This document shows positions 12,901 to 26,379 of a stretch of DNA of 64,000 nucleotides, one piece after another (position 1 is the stretch's first letter; every line of letters starts with the position of its first letter). Source of the DNA: Auanema rhodensis. Lineage: Eukaryota > Animalia > Nematoda. Location: the NCBI GenBank assembly GCA_964057225.1, contig OZ059895.1, forward strand, positions 6,820,001 through 6,884,000, in the 5' to 3' direction. A program made the position numbers and the translations under genes. The notes beneath the pieces are model-generated. The model was not told where the DNA came from. It was given only the letters and a program-made list of their open reading frames with translations, and searched no databases.

Positions 12901-15900
12901 TCTCTCTGAACATTCGGAAGCTTGTCTATCTCTTGACCGGAAATGGTTATTGTTCAGACAATCTCAGTCTAGAGTTTTGAATGTTCTTCTGAACAGGAAT
13001 ACGGTGCACGTGCCATTTGCCTTGGGGTATTCAACTTCATCTTTGGTTTAATTACCCAAGTTTGAGGTACTTTGATGATTCAACAAGGGTTACACCTGAT
13101 GTTGAACTAAATTTTGGAAAGCTCACTATATGTGAGCAACATTGATATTTCATCTTTCTGAAGATTCTGAAGCTTGTCTATCTCTTGAATGGAAACGTTT
13201 ATTGTTCGGACAATCTCAGCCTAGAGTTTTGAATGTTTTTCTGAAGAAGAATACGGTGCACGTGCCATTTGCCTTGAGGTATTCATCTTCATCTTTGGTT
13301 TAATTACCCAAGTTTGAGGTACTTTGATGATTCAACAAGGATTACACCTGATGTTGAACTAAATTTTGGAAAGCTCACTATATGTGAGCAACATTGATAT
13401 TCCATCTTTCTGAAGATTCTGAAGCTTGTCTATCTCTTGAATGGAAACGTTTATTGTTCGGACAATCTCAGCCTAGAGTTTTGAATGTTTTTCTGAAGAA
13501 GAATACGGTGCACGTGCCATTTGCCTTGAGGTATTCATCTTCATCTTTGGTTTAATTACCCAAGTTTGAGGTACTTTGATGATTCAACAAGGATTACACC
13601 TGATGTTGAACTAAATTTTGGAAAGCTCACTATATGTGAGCAACATTGATATTCCATTTTTCTGAAGATTCTGAAGCTTGTCTATCTCTTGATCGGAAAT
13701 GTTTATTGTTCAGACAATCTCAGCCTAGAGTTTTGAATGTTTTTCTGAAGAAGAATACGGTGCACGTGCCATTTGCCTTGAGGTATTCATCTTCATCTTT
13801 GGTTTAATTACCCAAGTTTGAGGTACTTTGATGATTCAACAAGGGTTACACCTGATGTTGAACTAAATTTTGGAAAGCTCACTATATGTGAGCAACATTG
13901 ATATTTCATCTCTCTGAACATTCGGAAGCTTGTCTATCTCTTGACCGGAAATGGTTATTGTTCAGACAATCTCAGTCTAGAGTTTTGAATGTTCTTCTGA
14001 ACAGGAATACGGTGCACGTGCCATTTGCCTTGGGGTATTCAACTTCATCTTTGGTTTAATTACCCAAGTTTGAGGTACTTTGATGATTCAACAAGGGTTA
14101 CACCTGATGTTGAACTAAATTTTGGAAAGCTCACGATATGTGAGCAACTTTGATATTTCATCTTTCTGAAGATTCTGAAGCTTGTCTATCTCTTGATCGG
14201 AAATGTTTATTGTTCAGACAATCTCAGCCTAGAGTTTTGAATGTTTTTCTGAAGAAGAATACGGTGCACGTGCCATTTGCCTTGAGGTATTCATCTTCAT
14301 CTTTGGTTTAATTACCCAAGTTTGAGGTACTTTGATGATTCAACAAGGATTACACCTGATGTTGAACTAAATTTTGGAAAGCTCACTATATGTGAGCAAC
14401 ATTGATATTCCATCTTTCTGAAGATTCTGAAGCTTGTCTATCTCTTGATCGGAAATGTTTATTGTTCAGACAATCTCAGTCTAGAGTTTTGAATGTTCTT
14501 CTGAACAGGAATACGGTGCACGTGCCATTTGCCTTGAGGTATTCATCTTCATCTTTGGTTTAGTTACCCAAGTTTAAGGTACTTTGATGATTCAACAAGG
14601 GTTACACCTGATGTTGAACTAAATTTTGGAAAGCTCACTATATGTGAGCAACATTGATATTCCATCTTTCTGAAGATTCTGAAGCTTGTCTATCTCTTGA
14701 TCGGAAATGTTTATTGTTCAGACAATCTCAGTCTAGAGTTTTGAATGTTCTTCTGAACAGGAATACGGTGCACGTGCCATTTGCCTTGGGGTATTCAACT
14801 TCATCTTTGGTTTAATTACCCAAGTTTGAGGTACTTTGATGATTCAACAAGGGTTACACCTGATGTTGAACTAAATTTTGGAAAGCTCACGATATGTGAG
14901 CAACATTGATATTTCATCTCTCTGAACATTCGGAAGCTTGTCTATCTCTTGATCGGAAATGTTTATTGTTCAGACAATCTCAGCCTAGAGTTTTGAATGT
15001 TTTTCTGAAGAAGAATACGGTGCACGTGCCATTTGCCTTGAGGTTTTCATCTTCATCTTTGGTTTAATTACCCAAGTTTGAGGTACTTTGATGATTCAAC
15101 AACGGTTACACCTGATGTTGAACTAAATTTTGGAAAGCTCACTATATGTGAGCAACATTGATATTTCATCTTTCTGAAGATTCTGAAGCTTGTCTATCTC
15201 TTGAATGGAAACGTTTATTGTTCGGACAATCTCAGCCTAGAGTTTTGAATGTTTTTCTGAAGAAGAATACGGTGCACGTGCCATTTGCCTTGAGGTATTC
15301 ATCTTCATCTTTGGTTTAATTACCCAAGTTTGAGGTACTTTGATGATTCAACAAGGATTACACCTGATGTTGAACTAAATTTTGGAAAGCTCACTATATG
15401 TGAGCAACATTGATATTCCATTTTTCTGAAGATTCTGAAGCTTGTCTATCTCTTGATCGGAAATGTTTATTGTTCAGACAATCTCAGCCTAGAGTTTTGA
15501 ATGTTTTTCTGAAGAAGAATACGGTGCACGTGCCATTTGCCTTGAGGTATTCATCTTCATCTTTGGTTTAATTACCCAAGTTTGAGGTACTTTGATGATT
15601 CAACAAGGGTTACACCTGATGTTGAACTAAATTTTGGAAAGCTCACTATATGTGAGCAACATTGATATTTCATCTCTCTGAACATTCGGAAGCTTGTCTA
15701 TCTCTTGACCGGAAATGGTTATTGTTTAGACAATCTCAGCCTAGAGTTTTGAATGTTTTTCTGAAGAAGAATACGGTGCACGTGCCATTTGCCTTGAGGT
15801 ATTCATCTTCATCTTTGGTTTAATTACCCAAGTTTGAGGTACTTTGATGATTCAACAAGGATTACACCTGATGTTGAACTAAATTTTGGAAAGCTCACTA

Positions 15901-18900
15901 TATGTGAGCAACATTGATATTCCATCTTTCTGAAGATTCTGAAGCTTGTCTATCTCTTGATCGGAAATGTTTATTGTTCAGACAATCTCAGTCTAGAGTT
16001 TTGAATGTTCTTCTGAACAGGAATACGGTGCACGTGCCATTTGCCTTGAGGTATTCATCTTCATCTTTGGTTTAGTTACCCAAGTTTAAGGTACTTTGAT
16101 GATTCAACAAGGGTTACACCTGATGTTGAACTAAATTTTGGAAAGCTCACTATATGTGAGCAACATTGATATTCCATCTTTCTGAAGATTCTGAAGCTTG
16201 TCTATCTCTTGATCGGAAATGTTTATTGTTCAGACAATCTCAGCCTAGAGTTTTGAATGTTTTTCTGAAGAAGAATACGATGCACGTGCCATTTGCCTTG
16301 AGGTATTCATCTTCATCTTTGGTTTAATTACCCAAGTTTGAGGTACTTTGATGATTCAACAAGGATTACACCTGATGTTGAACTAAATTTTGGAAAGCTC
16401 ACTATATGTGAGCAACATTGATATTCCATCTTTCTGAAGATTCTGAAGCTTGTCTATCTCTTGATCGGAAATGTTTATTGTTCAGACAATCTCAGTCTAG
16501 AGTTTTGAATGTTCTTCTGAACAGGAATACGGTGCACGTGCCATTTGCCTTGAGGTATTCATCTTCATCTTTGGTTTAGTTACCCAAGTTTAAGGTACTT
16601 TGATGATTCAACAAGGGTTACACCTGATGTTGAACTAAATTTTGGAAAGCTCACTATATGTGAGCAACATTGATATTCCATCTTTCTGAAGATTCTGAAG
16701 CTTGTCTATCTCTTGATCGGAAATGTTTATTGTTCAGACAATCTCAGCCTAGAGTTTTGAATGTTTTTCTGAAGAAGAATACGATGCACGTGCCATTTGC
16801 CTTGAGGTATTCATCTTCATCTTTGGTTTAATTACCCAAGTTTGAGGTACTTTGATGATTCAACAAGGATTACACCTGATGTTGAACTAAATTTTGGAAA
16901 GCTCACTATATGTGAGCAACATTGATATTCCATCTTTCTGAAGATTCTGAAGCTTGTCTATCTCTTGATCGGAAATGTTTATTGTTCAGACAATCTCAGT
17001 CTAGAGTTTTGAATGTTCTTCTGAACAGGAATACGGTGCACGTGCCATTTGCCTTGAGGTATTCATCTTCATCTTTGGTTTAATTACCCAAGTTTGAGGT
17101 ACTTTGATGATTCAACAAGGATTACACCTGATGTTGAACTAAATTTTGGAAAGCTCACTATATGTGAGCAACATTGATATTCCATCTTTCTGAAGATTCT
17201 GAAGCTTGTCTATCTCTTGATCGGAAATGTTTATTGTTCAGACAATCTCAGTCTAGAGTTTTGAATGTTCTTCTGAACAGGAATACGGTGCACGTGCCAT
17301 TTGCCTTGAGGTATTCATCTTCATCTTTGGTTTAATTACCCAAGTTTGAGGTACTTTGATGATTCAACAAGGATTACACCTGATGTTGAACTAAATTTTG
17401 GAAAGCTCACTATATGTGAGCAACATTGATATTCCATCTTTCTGAAGATTCTGAAGCTTGTCTATCTCTTGATCGGAAATGTTTATTGTTCAGACAATCT
17501 CAGTCTAGAGTTTTGAATGTTCTTCTGAACAGGAATACGGTGCACGTGCCATTTGCCTTGAGGTATTCATCTTCATCTTTGGTTTAATTACCCAAGTTTG
17601 AGGTACTTTGATGATTCAACAAGGATTACACCTGATGTTGAACTAAATTTTGGAAAGCTCACTATATGTGAGCAACATTGATATTCCATCTTTCTGAAGA
17701 TTCTGAAGCTTGTCTATCTCTTGATCGGAAACGTTTATTGTTCAGACAATCTCAGTCTAGAGTTTTGAATGTTTTTCTAAAGAAGAATACGGTGCACGTG
17801 CCATTTGCCTTGAGGTATTCATCTTCATCTTTGGTTTAATTACCCAAGTTTGAGGTACTTTGATGATTCAACAAGGGTTACACCTGATGTTGAACTAAAT
17901 TTTGGAAAGCTCACTATATGTGAGCAACATTGATATTCCATCTTTCTGAAGATTCGGAAGCTTGTCTATCTCTTGATCGGAAATGTTTATTGTTCAGACA
18001 ATCTCAGCCTAGAGTTTTGAATGTTTTTCTGAAGAAGAATACGGTGCACGTGCCATTTGCCTTGAGGTATTCATCTTCATCTTTGGTTTAATTACCCAAG
18101 TTTGAGGTACTTTGATGATTCAACAAGGATTACACCTGATGTTGAACTAAATTTTGGAAAGCTCACTATATGTGAGCAACATTGATATTCCATCTTTCTG
18201 AAGATTCTGAAGCTTGTCTATCTCTTGATCGGAAATGTTTATTGTTCAGACAATCTCAGTCTAGAGTTTTGAATGTTCTTCTGAACAGGAATACGGTGCA
18301 CGTGCCATTTGCCTTGAGGTATTCATCTTCATCTTTGGTTTAGTTACCCAAGTTTAAGGTACTTTGATGATTCAACAAGGGTTACACCTGATGTTGAACT
18401 AAATTTTGGAAAGCTCACTATATGTGAGCAACATTGATATTCCATCTTTCTGAAGATTCTGAAGCTTGTCTATCTCTTGATCGGAAATGTTTATTGTTCA
18501 GACAATCTCAGCCTAGAGTTTTGAATGTTTTTCTGAAGAAGAATACGATGCACGTGCCATTTGCCTTGAGGTATTCATCTTCATCTTTGGTTTAATTACC
18601 CAAGTTTGAGGTACTTTGATGATTCAACAAGGATTACACCTGATGTTGAACTAAATTTTGGAAAGCTCACTATATGTGAGCAACATTGATATTCCATCTT
18701 TCTGAAGATTCTGAAGCTTGTCTATCTCTTGATCGGAAATGTTTATTGTTCAGACAATCTCAGTCTAGAGTTTTGAATGTTCTTCTGAACAGGAATACGG
18801 TGCACGTGCCATTTGCCTTGAGGTATTCATCTTCATCTTTGGTTTAGTTACCCAAGTTTAAGGTACTTTGATGATTCAACAAGGGTTACACCTGATGTTG

Positions 18901-20955
18901 AACTAAATTTTGGAAAGCTCACTATATGTGAGCAACATTGATATTCCATCTTTCTGAAGATTCTGAAGCTTGTCTATCTCTTGATCGGAAATGTTTATTG
19001 TTCAGACAATCTCAGCCTAGAGTTTTGAATGTTTTTCTGAAGAAGAATACGATGCACGTGCCATTTGCCTTGAGGTATTCATCTTCATCTTTGGTTTAAT
19101 TACCCAAGTTTGAGGTACTTTGATGATTCAACAAGGATTACACCTGATGTTGAACTAAATTTTGGAAAGCTCACTATATGTGAGCAACATTGATATTCCA
19201 TCTTTCTGAAGATTCTGAAGCTTGTCTATCTCTTGATCGGAAATGTTTATTGTTCAGACAATCTCAGTCTAGAGTTTTGAATGTTCTTCTGAACAGGAAT
19301 ACGGTGCACGTGCCATTTGCCTTGAGGTATTCATCTTCATCTTTGGTTTAATTACCCAAGTTTGAGGTACTTTGATGATTCAACAAGGATTACACCTGAT
19401 GTTGAACTAAATTTTGGAAAGCTCACTATATGTGAGCAACATTGATATTCCATCTTTCTGAAGATTCTGAAGCTTGTCTATCTCTTGATCGGAAATGTTT
19501 ATTGTTCAGACAATCTCAGTCTAGAGTTTTGAATGTTCTTCTGAACAGGAATACGGTGCACGTGCCATTTGCCTTGAGGTATTCATCTTCATCTTTGGTT
19601 TAATTACCCAAGTTTGAGGTACTTTGATGATTCAACAAGGATTACACCTGATGTTGAACTAAATTTTGGAAAGCTCACTATATGTGAGCAACATTGATAT
19701 TCCATCTTTCTGAAGATTCTGAAGCTTGTCTATCTCTTGATCGGAAATGTTTATTGTTCAGACAATCTCAGTCTAGAGTTTTGAATGTTCTTCTGAACAG
19801 GAATACGGTGCACGTGCCATTTGCCTTGAGGTATTCATCTTCATCTTTGGTTTAATTACCCAAGTTTGAGGTACTTTGATGATTCAACAAGGATTACACC
19901 TGATGTTGAACTAAATTTTGGAAAGCTCACTATATGTGAGCAACATTGATATTCCATCTTTCTGAAGATTCTGAAGCTTGTCTATCTCTTGATCGGAAAC
20001 GTTTATTGTTCAGACAATCTCAGTCTAGAGTTTTGAATGTTTTTCTAAAGAAGAATACGGTGCACGTGCCATTTGCCTTGAGGTATTCATCTTCATCTTT
20101 GGTTTAATTACCCAAGTTTGAGGTACTTTGATGATTCAACAAGGGTTACACCTGATGTTGAACTAAATTTTGGAAAGCTCACTATATGTGAGCAACTTTG
20201 ATATTTCATCTTTCTGAAGATTCTGAAGCTTGTCTATCTCTTGATCGGAAATGTTTATTGTTCAGACAATCTCAGCCTAGAGTTTTGAATGTTTTTCTGA
20301 AGAAGAATACGGTGCACGTGCCATTTGCCTTGAGGTATTCATCTTCATCTTTGGTTTAATTACCCAAGTTTGAGGTACTTTGATGATTCAACAAGGATTA
20401 CACCTGATGTTGAACTAAATTTTGGAAAGCTCACTATATGTGAGCAACATTGATATTCCATCTTTCTGAAGATTCGGAAGGTTGTCTATCTCTTGAATGG
20501 AAACGTTTATTGTTCAGACAATCTCAGCCTAGAGTTTTGAATGTTTTTCTGAAGAAGAATACGATGCACGTGCCATTTGCCTTGAGGTATTCATCTTCAT
20601 CTTTGGTTTAATTACCCAAGTTTGAGGTACTTTGATGATTCAACAAGGGTTACACCTGATGTTGAACTAAATTTTGGAAAGCTCACTATATGTGAGCAAC
20701 ATTGATATTCCATCTTTCTGAAGATTCTGAAGCTTGTCTATCTCTTGATCGGAAATGTTTATTGTTCAGACAATCTCAGTCTAGAGTTTTGAATGTTCTT
20801 CTGAACAGGAATACGGTGCACGTGCGATTTGCCTTGAGGTATTCATCTTCATCTTTGGTTTAATTACCCAAGTTTGAGGTAGTTTCATGATTCAACAACG
20901 GTTACACCTGATGTTGAACTAAATTTTGGAAAGCTCACTATATGTGAGCAACATT
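963..20955. repeat. 252-bp satellite array, left block (about 79 units, variant A dominant)
   Basis: 60-nt lines recur in the same register every 1260 bp (5 x 252); units differ by only a few substitutions. Confidence 0.98.
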
Positions 20956-21413
20956 TGTCGTGGTTTATAAGGATTCCGATCCTTATTTCCGTTCTCCACA
21001 ACAGTATACAAAGATTCTAACAACGTCACTTACGTCGATCCTTGTATTCCTCTAACAATTCCGTGATTACTGAGACCAGTGGTAGTTAGGTGGAATCCCA
21101 ATAGTAACAATAGTAATGAATAGGGCAGTGAATAGGAGTAATAGAATGCTTCAGAGTATAGTTATCTCAATATAGAAGTCGAACTTAATAACAAAAGTTT
21201 ATTTAGCTCAAAATACACAACACAAAATATCAGCCACCGTTCTCTTTCCTCGTCCAAAAATCAGATCCCTTCTTCCCAATTTCGATACTGCCCGCCTCCT
21301 TCTCAATCTTATCTGCTAAAAAGCTGCACGTTTGTTGCGTTTCCTATTACCAAAGTAGTACATCTGTTTCATTGTTTGTCATATTTCTTCAATCCTCTCG
21401 TTTATACGAGACA
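20956..21413 (-). repeat. Putative 3' LTR of the BEL/Pao element (about 458 bp)
   Basis: Satellite stops sharply at TGTCG (20956); candidate inner end GAGACA at 21413 gives a TGTC/GACA terminal inverted repeat; minus-strand AATAAA near 21200. No second LTR is available to confirm the inner boundary. Confidence 0.6.
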
Positions 21414-21642
21414 CTGGCCGCGACTAGGTTGTGTAGAAGAGTTGCTAGATCAAAATGAGTAACATATAGATTAGATATAAAAAATTACAATCGTACATCC
21501 TAAAAATAACATATCCCAAATGAAACACAAATAACATAAATCCCATACAATCGTGAATTAATCAAAGTTACAATAAACATTAATCATAAAAGAATAAAAA
21601 TTCAAAAAGTATCAAAATTCCACTGTTTGGTGTGTAGTCATC

Positions 21643-23970
21643 TCAAAATTGAGTCGCTTGTATTCCTTGGCTCGCTCTTGCCCAACAGCTATCCCATGTC
21701 TTCTTCAGCTTCACCATCATTGCTACCATAGACAGTGTTGCTTGCACCATTAACATGGGTGCTAGCAGATAACATGCGGCCGTAGAAATTACAGCAATTC
21801 CTAAGATTCCCAGTGATATAATTCATCGCTGTCTCATTACATCCCACAAGGGTGAGTCTCTTCATCAGCTCCAATCTTATTAGGCAGTCTGCCTTTCCTT
21901 CTGCCGTCGTACCTTAAAACTCCTATGATGTTTATGCTTGTCTCCCGGCCTCCACAATCCATTCTACACTCCTCTCTAATCATGGGTTAGTTTCTTCTTA
22001 TGGTTACTGTGGTGTTAGTGAACTGTGGCGAACACTTAACCATAATTACTTCATGTTGGCAATCCAACGGAATCCATGTTTCCTCTTCTGCGATACATTC
22101 AAAACTTAGTACCGCTCCTGTTTCACATGCATAGCATCCCTGGGCGCCAAGGAAGTTAATATGACATGATATGTCTTGTGTGTATATGTTGCTCTGGATG
22201 AAGTTCAGAGATTCAATATGTATAGTGGATTCATCCTCTATCGATGATATTTCGATAGTTTCTTCTATCTCGTTGATGTTTATCAACTGTGGAGTCAACT
22301 TCCATTCCTCTTTGGCGAAATCTGATTCTGGACAGTCACATAAGATTTTCTCTTCGTATTCTTTGATACATGGACATACCCACTGTATATCGCATGTTGT
22401 AAAATGTTTTTGTGCTCTTTCCTTAGAGTCACATTTTACCATGGGTTCAAAATGCCTTTCTGTTAAGTAAGTCTGATTTTCTGATATAAAACACTTCTTA
22501 TGAAGAAACTTGGCGTTTGGTTTTTCCTGCTTGATAATTGTGATATTACCAATTTCCGATACAAGGGTACTGTATGGTTTTAATTTAATGCTCCGTTCAT
22601 AATTATTCCCGAACAAATTTTCCTTGATATTCAAATGGACAACCGTAATCCAATCTTCGCAAATATTTACTGCATATATAATTTATGTTATTGGTTTATG
22701 TTGTAACCTATACATTATGCAAGCTTTGCCAAATGGTGGAAAACATGAAAACCATTTGCTTGATGCTTTGTAACATGATGATTGAGTTGGTCCTCTTTTT
22801 GATCCCAATTCGCCAATTTCCTGCTGGTATTCCTTCTGGTTACAATTGTTCTCTGTGCAGTTATGATTTCCATCACACAGGTACGTTTGTTCCATAAATG
22901 GCTCAGTTCTTCTTGTATAATATAAAGTTGTTTTCTGACATGTGAATATTGTTTTTTCTTTTGTCAGTATCCATTGTCCAATAGTGTTATTGTTGTAGTT
23001 TAAATTTAAACACATTTGCTTTATTCCCGGATTGAATGTTATTGGAGTGGCAAGTTGCTGGTAACATTCATTCCTGCTGATACAGTGGATGTGCGTTTCT
23101 TGTATCTCATGTGCGCTTTTACATCCCCAGCTGGTACTGATCATTAGCATTATGGTCGCACTATGTGTTGATAATCGCGAGAAATGTAGACTTGGCGATC
23201 TCAGCATCTTTATAGGATATAAAGATTCCCTTTTTTCTCCTTCCTGTACCTCGCTTAGTGCAATATTAACGTCCTCATCTCTTTCCTGACGCCGCTTCCA
23301 CAATTTTGGTATCCACTCCATATATGGTTTTATTCTTTTTCTGCTTCTCCATCCCTGGCATACACACCCTAATAACATAGCTAATATCACTAGTATGAAG
23401 GCTGTTGATGCCAAAGCTCCTGTAGTGTCACAGTGTGGATTAGCTAGTAACTCCAGTGAAAGTAACGACGTTGTTCCACAATGCTCCTCTGCTGTCGCGG
23501 AGGTTATTGTCGCCGCCATGGCTAACAAACTTAGATTCCGTGTTGCTTTTGGTTTTCCAATCTCCGGCATCCTTTGAGATTCTCTCATGATTCTTCCAAC
23601 TATATCTAGGTCGTCCTGTTCTGTTGGCGGTTCTTCGGCTTCGCCCACTTCTGGGTCCTTTTCCATTACTACCGTTGGTTGACAGCTTTCTTGTGGTTGT
23701 ATCACTTGTTTAATGGTGTCTATAACACCTGGGTCCGGTTCCTCTATGTTCCAATTGTTTCCATCTTCCTCCAGCCCCGTTTCAGGATTATTAGGTTCAG
23801 TTTCCCTATACCGGAATTGAAAATAATCCTTGGCTGTCATTTCATTTATCACAGCAGACCTTATCTCCATAGGAAAAAGTTAGTCCAAGGAACAAATCAG
23901 CATTGTCCCTGATGCTGTTCGTATTCTTGCTGATCGAATTTTCCCATCCGAGCTTGTCATTAATTCTAAT
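21643..23970 (-). pseudogene. env: BEL/Pao integrase C-terminal tail plus phlebovirus Gc-like (class II) envelope glycoprotein, with stops and frameshifts
   Basis: ILELMTSSDGKIRSARIRTASG...LFPME (DUF5641-like); Cys-rich Gc motifs CQKTTLYYTR, CFPPFGKACIMYR, GCYACETGA, ECRMDCGG; C-terminal TM IISLGILGIAVISTAACYLL at about 21760-21820; broken at about 22680, 21987 and 21830. Confidence 0.85.
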
Positions 23971-24696
23971 ATCATTTTTCCTTGTTCTATATTAAATGTT
24001 CAAAAAGATTTATCTTATACACTACGTTTTTCCAATAGAAAATTTATTCTACACTTGCCTAAAGGCAACTATGCAAATGGTGATGAAATAATACGCGGAA
24101 TCAATGCTGGAAGAGAATCATTTATCGCCAACAATACAAAGCCTCTTGGAGCTGAGGAAGAAGCACGTATAAAAAGTTTAATAGATAAAGATGAAGATGT
24201 AAAAAAATGGTATAATAATCGCCAGGCTGAGGCTAAGCTAGTGGAAGAAATGCTCGCAGATGCCACATTTCAGTTTAACAAAACATTGCAGCGCATAGAG
24301 TTTGTAACAAGCAAGCGACTATTAATGAATGCAACGCTTGGTGATGATTTTGCATATTTTCTTGGTTTTGAAAATAAAAACATCAACGATACAATAATAG
24401 CCAGGCGTCCCATTGATTTTTCAAATAACATTAATACAATGTATATATATTGTGATATTGTAGAATATTCCATTCTTGGTAATGTGAAAGCTAATTTACT
24501 TGCATGTTTACCTGTACCACCTCCTACTGAATTTGGTAAAATGATTGCCAAAACATTTAATCCTATTCGTTATGTACCAATCACTAGACAAACACTCGAT
24601 ACCATACGTATTGAAATTTTAGATGAATTTGGTCGTCCTATGCAATTTAATTATGGTTCTACAGTTGTTACATTACATGTTAAAAATATGAAATAA
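23971..24696 (+). pseudogene. Maverick minor capsid (penton-like) protein, 5'-truncated
   Basis: Frame is open upstream of the listed ORF (IIFPCSILNV...LPKGNY) with no ATG; C-terminal MYIYCDIVE...NPIRYVPI...IRIEILDEFGRPMQF...VTLH pattern. Confidence 0.82.
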
Positions 24697-24701
24697 ACGT
24701 T

Positions 24702-25166
24702 TTATTCAACAGTTATACAATACCACATTTTTATTTTCGAAGGTTTAAAAGATAGTTTAGGGCAGTTTTGTTTGTCGCTCGGCTCGTGTTGTGAATGTTC
24801 TCCGTCACTATTGCTGTGGCATCTTTTTGATTGGGTTGAATGTACAAACTCCTCAGCTTTTTCAAAGGGTTTGCTGGTATCATTTCCATCACCATCTTCA
24901 CCATTCGTTCCATTATTATTATGAATACGCCGAATATGACGCTCACAATTGAATCTTGTTCCAAAAGTTTCACTACAATGAGGGCACAAACGTCTACGAA
25001 CACCATCCAAATGTCCATATTTTTGAATAAAGTCAGCATTGCTGATATAATTGTTACATATGGGTTGAATCCCTGCATGTCTTTTCAAAACGTGATCACT
25101 AAAATGCTTGGTTGAAGAAAATATTTCCTTGCATGTACCACAATATTTGTTACATAAAAGTTCCAT
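24702..25166 (-). CDS. Small C2H2 zinc-finger protein (two fingers)
   Basis: CGTCKEIFSSTKHFSDHVLKRH and CPHCSETFGTRFNCERHIRRIH; first ATG at 25166; TATA-like TATATAAAAG about 40 bp upstream. Confidence 0.78.
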   Translation of the reverse strand: MELLCNKYCGTCKEIFSSTKHFSDHVLKRHAGIQPICNNYISNADFIQKYGHLDGVRRRLCPHCSETFGTRFNCERHIRRIHNNNGTNGEDGDGNDTSKPFEKAEEFVHSTQSKRCHSNSDGEHSQHEPSDKQNCPKLSFKPSKIKMWYCITVE

Positions 25167-25419
25167 TAGAGGAAAATGAAAAACGACCACACGCAATCAA
25201 CCCACTTTTATATAATGAGCAATAATATGACTAGTGTTGTACAAAAGCCCAATCCCAATGCTATACCTTTAATAAATGGCACTGAAATACATTTCAACAT
25301 TCTCCTGTATAAAGGCGCTGGTTTAGATTGCTCCAACGTGTATTTGACACATAATTCACAGTGACAAGGAATATTCATAACTGATCACGTAATGTAGCAG
25401 GTTATTAATGACAAATTTC

Positions 25420-25875
25420 TTATATAGTAGTCAATTTATAGTTGAATACTTTATGCATAAACGCTTTAATAAAAACATCATCATTTTTCAATAGTTTAAA
25501 AAATGAACAAATGCTTTCAAATGAATTACCAGCCGACAACATTAGTATTACAAATACCACATAGCCACCACAAGTGTATTCAATTAAACGTTGTGGTTTG
25601 CAAGTATTAATTTTTACCTTTTTATATTTGGCCAGATAATTTTGAATGTACTTGTTCATTTTATATCCCAAGCTACAGAAAAAATAGGCTTGCTTGTTAC
25701 GGACAAAGATGACCTGCCAATGTGTGCCGGGCTTATCATGTGTGTCAGTATTTACGACAAGTGCAAAGTTTTTACGACGCGTTTTGGGTAGAGTATCAGC
25801 GCTATATACACCGAGGAATAGTTTCCGAGTACTGGGGACAGATTGCAATAGTGATACTATTTCAGACGAATACAT
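25420..25875 (-). CDS. Adenain-like cysteine protease (Maverick PRO)
   Basis: VVNTDTHDKPGTHWQVIF (catalytic His) and Q...TCGGY (catalytic Cys); likely ATG at 25875. Confidence 0.9.
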   Translation of the reverse strand: MYSSEIVSLLQSVPSTRKLFLGVYSADTLPKTRRKNFALVVNTDTHDKPGTHWQVIFVRNKQAYFFCSLGYKMNKYIQNYLAKYKKVKINTCKPQRLIEYTCGGYVVFVILMLSAGNSFESICSFFKLLKNDDVFIKAFMHKVFNYKLTTI

Positions 25876-25926
25876 TTTAGTAGAATGATCTAGTGTAACT
25901 TTTGTATTGCGCGCGTGCGGTTCGAT

Positions 25927-26379
25927 ATGCCGCATCTCCTTTTGGATGTCAACTCTATTCAATGGACAACACTTTTAAATCAACAAATGGGTGGCGCCCC
26001 ATTTAGCGGAATGATGTTTCAACGTGGAATGCAGAGGGGTCATGGTTTGGGTGGTATTTTGGCAACTTTGGCATCATTTCTACCACGCATCTTTCAATCA
26101 CCTATAGCCCAAAATCTCATCAATGCCGGAAGAAACGCCTTATCCAGTGCTGTAAGCAATAGTCCAGTTGTAAATTCACCTCTTGGCGGACAGTTGCTGA
26201 AAACTGGTAATGAAATTGTCGATGGGGTGCTGAAAGGCGATAATATCAAGGAAACTCTTAAAACAGCCGGCCGACAAGCTATACGAGATCTTACCGGCTT
26301 GGGCAAACGGCGACGACGCAAAACCACAAAACCTCATAAGCGGTTGTGCATCACTCGTGAGCGGTCGTTTCACATTTAA
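25927..26379 (+). CDS. Conserved small Maverick virion/core-like protein
   Basis: FQRGMQRGHGLGGIL motif, an amphipathic segment and a basic tail GLGKRRRRK; directly upstream of MCP. Confidence 0.7.
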   Translation: MPHLLLDVNSIQWTTLLNQQMGGAPFSGMMFQRGMQRGHGLGGILATLASFLPRIFQSPIAQNLINAGRNALSSAVSNSPVVNSPLGGQLLKTGNEIVDGVLKGDNIKETLKTAGRQAIRDLTGLGKRRRRKTTKPHKRLCITRERSFHI

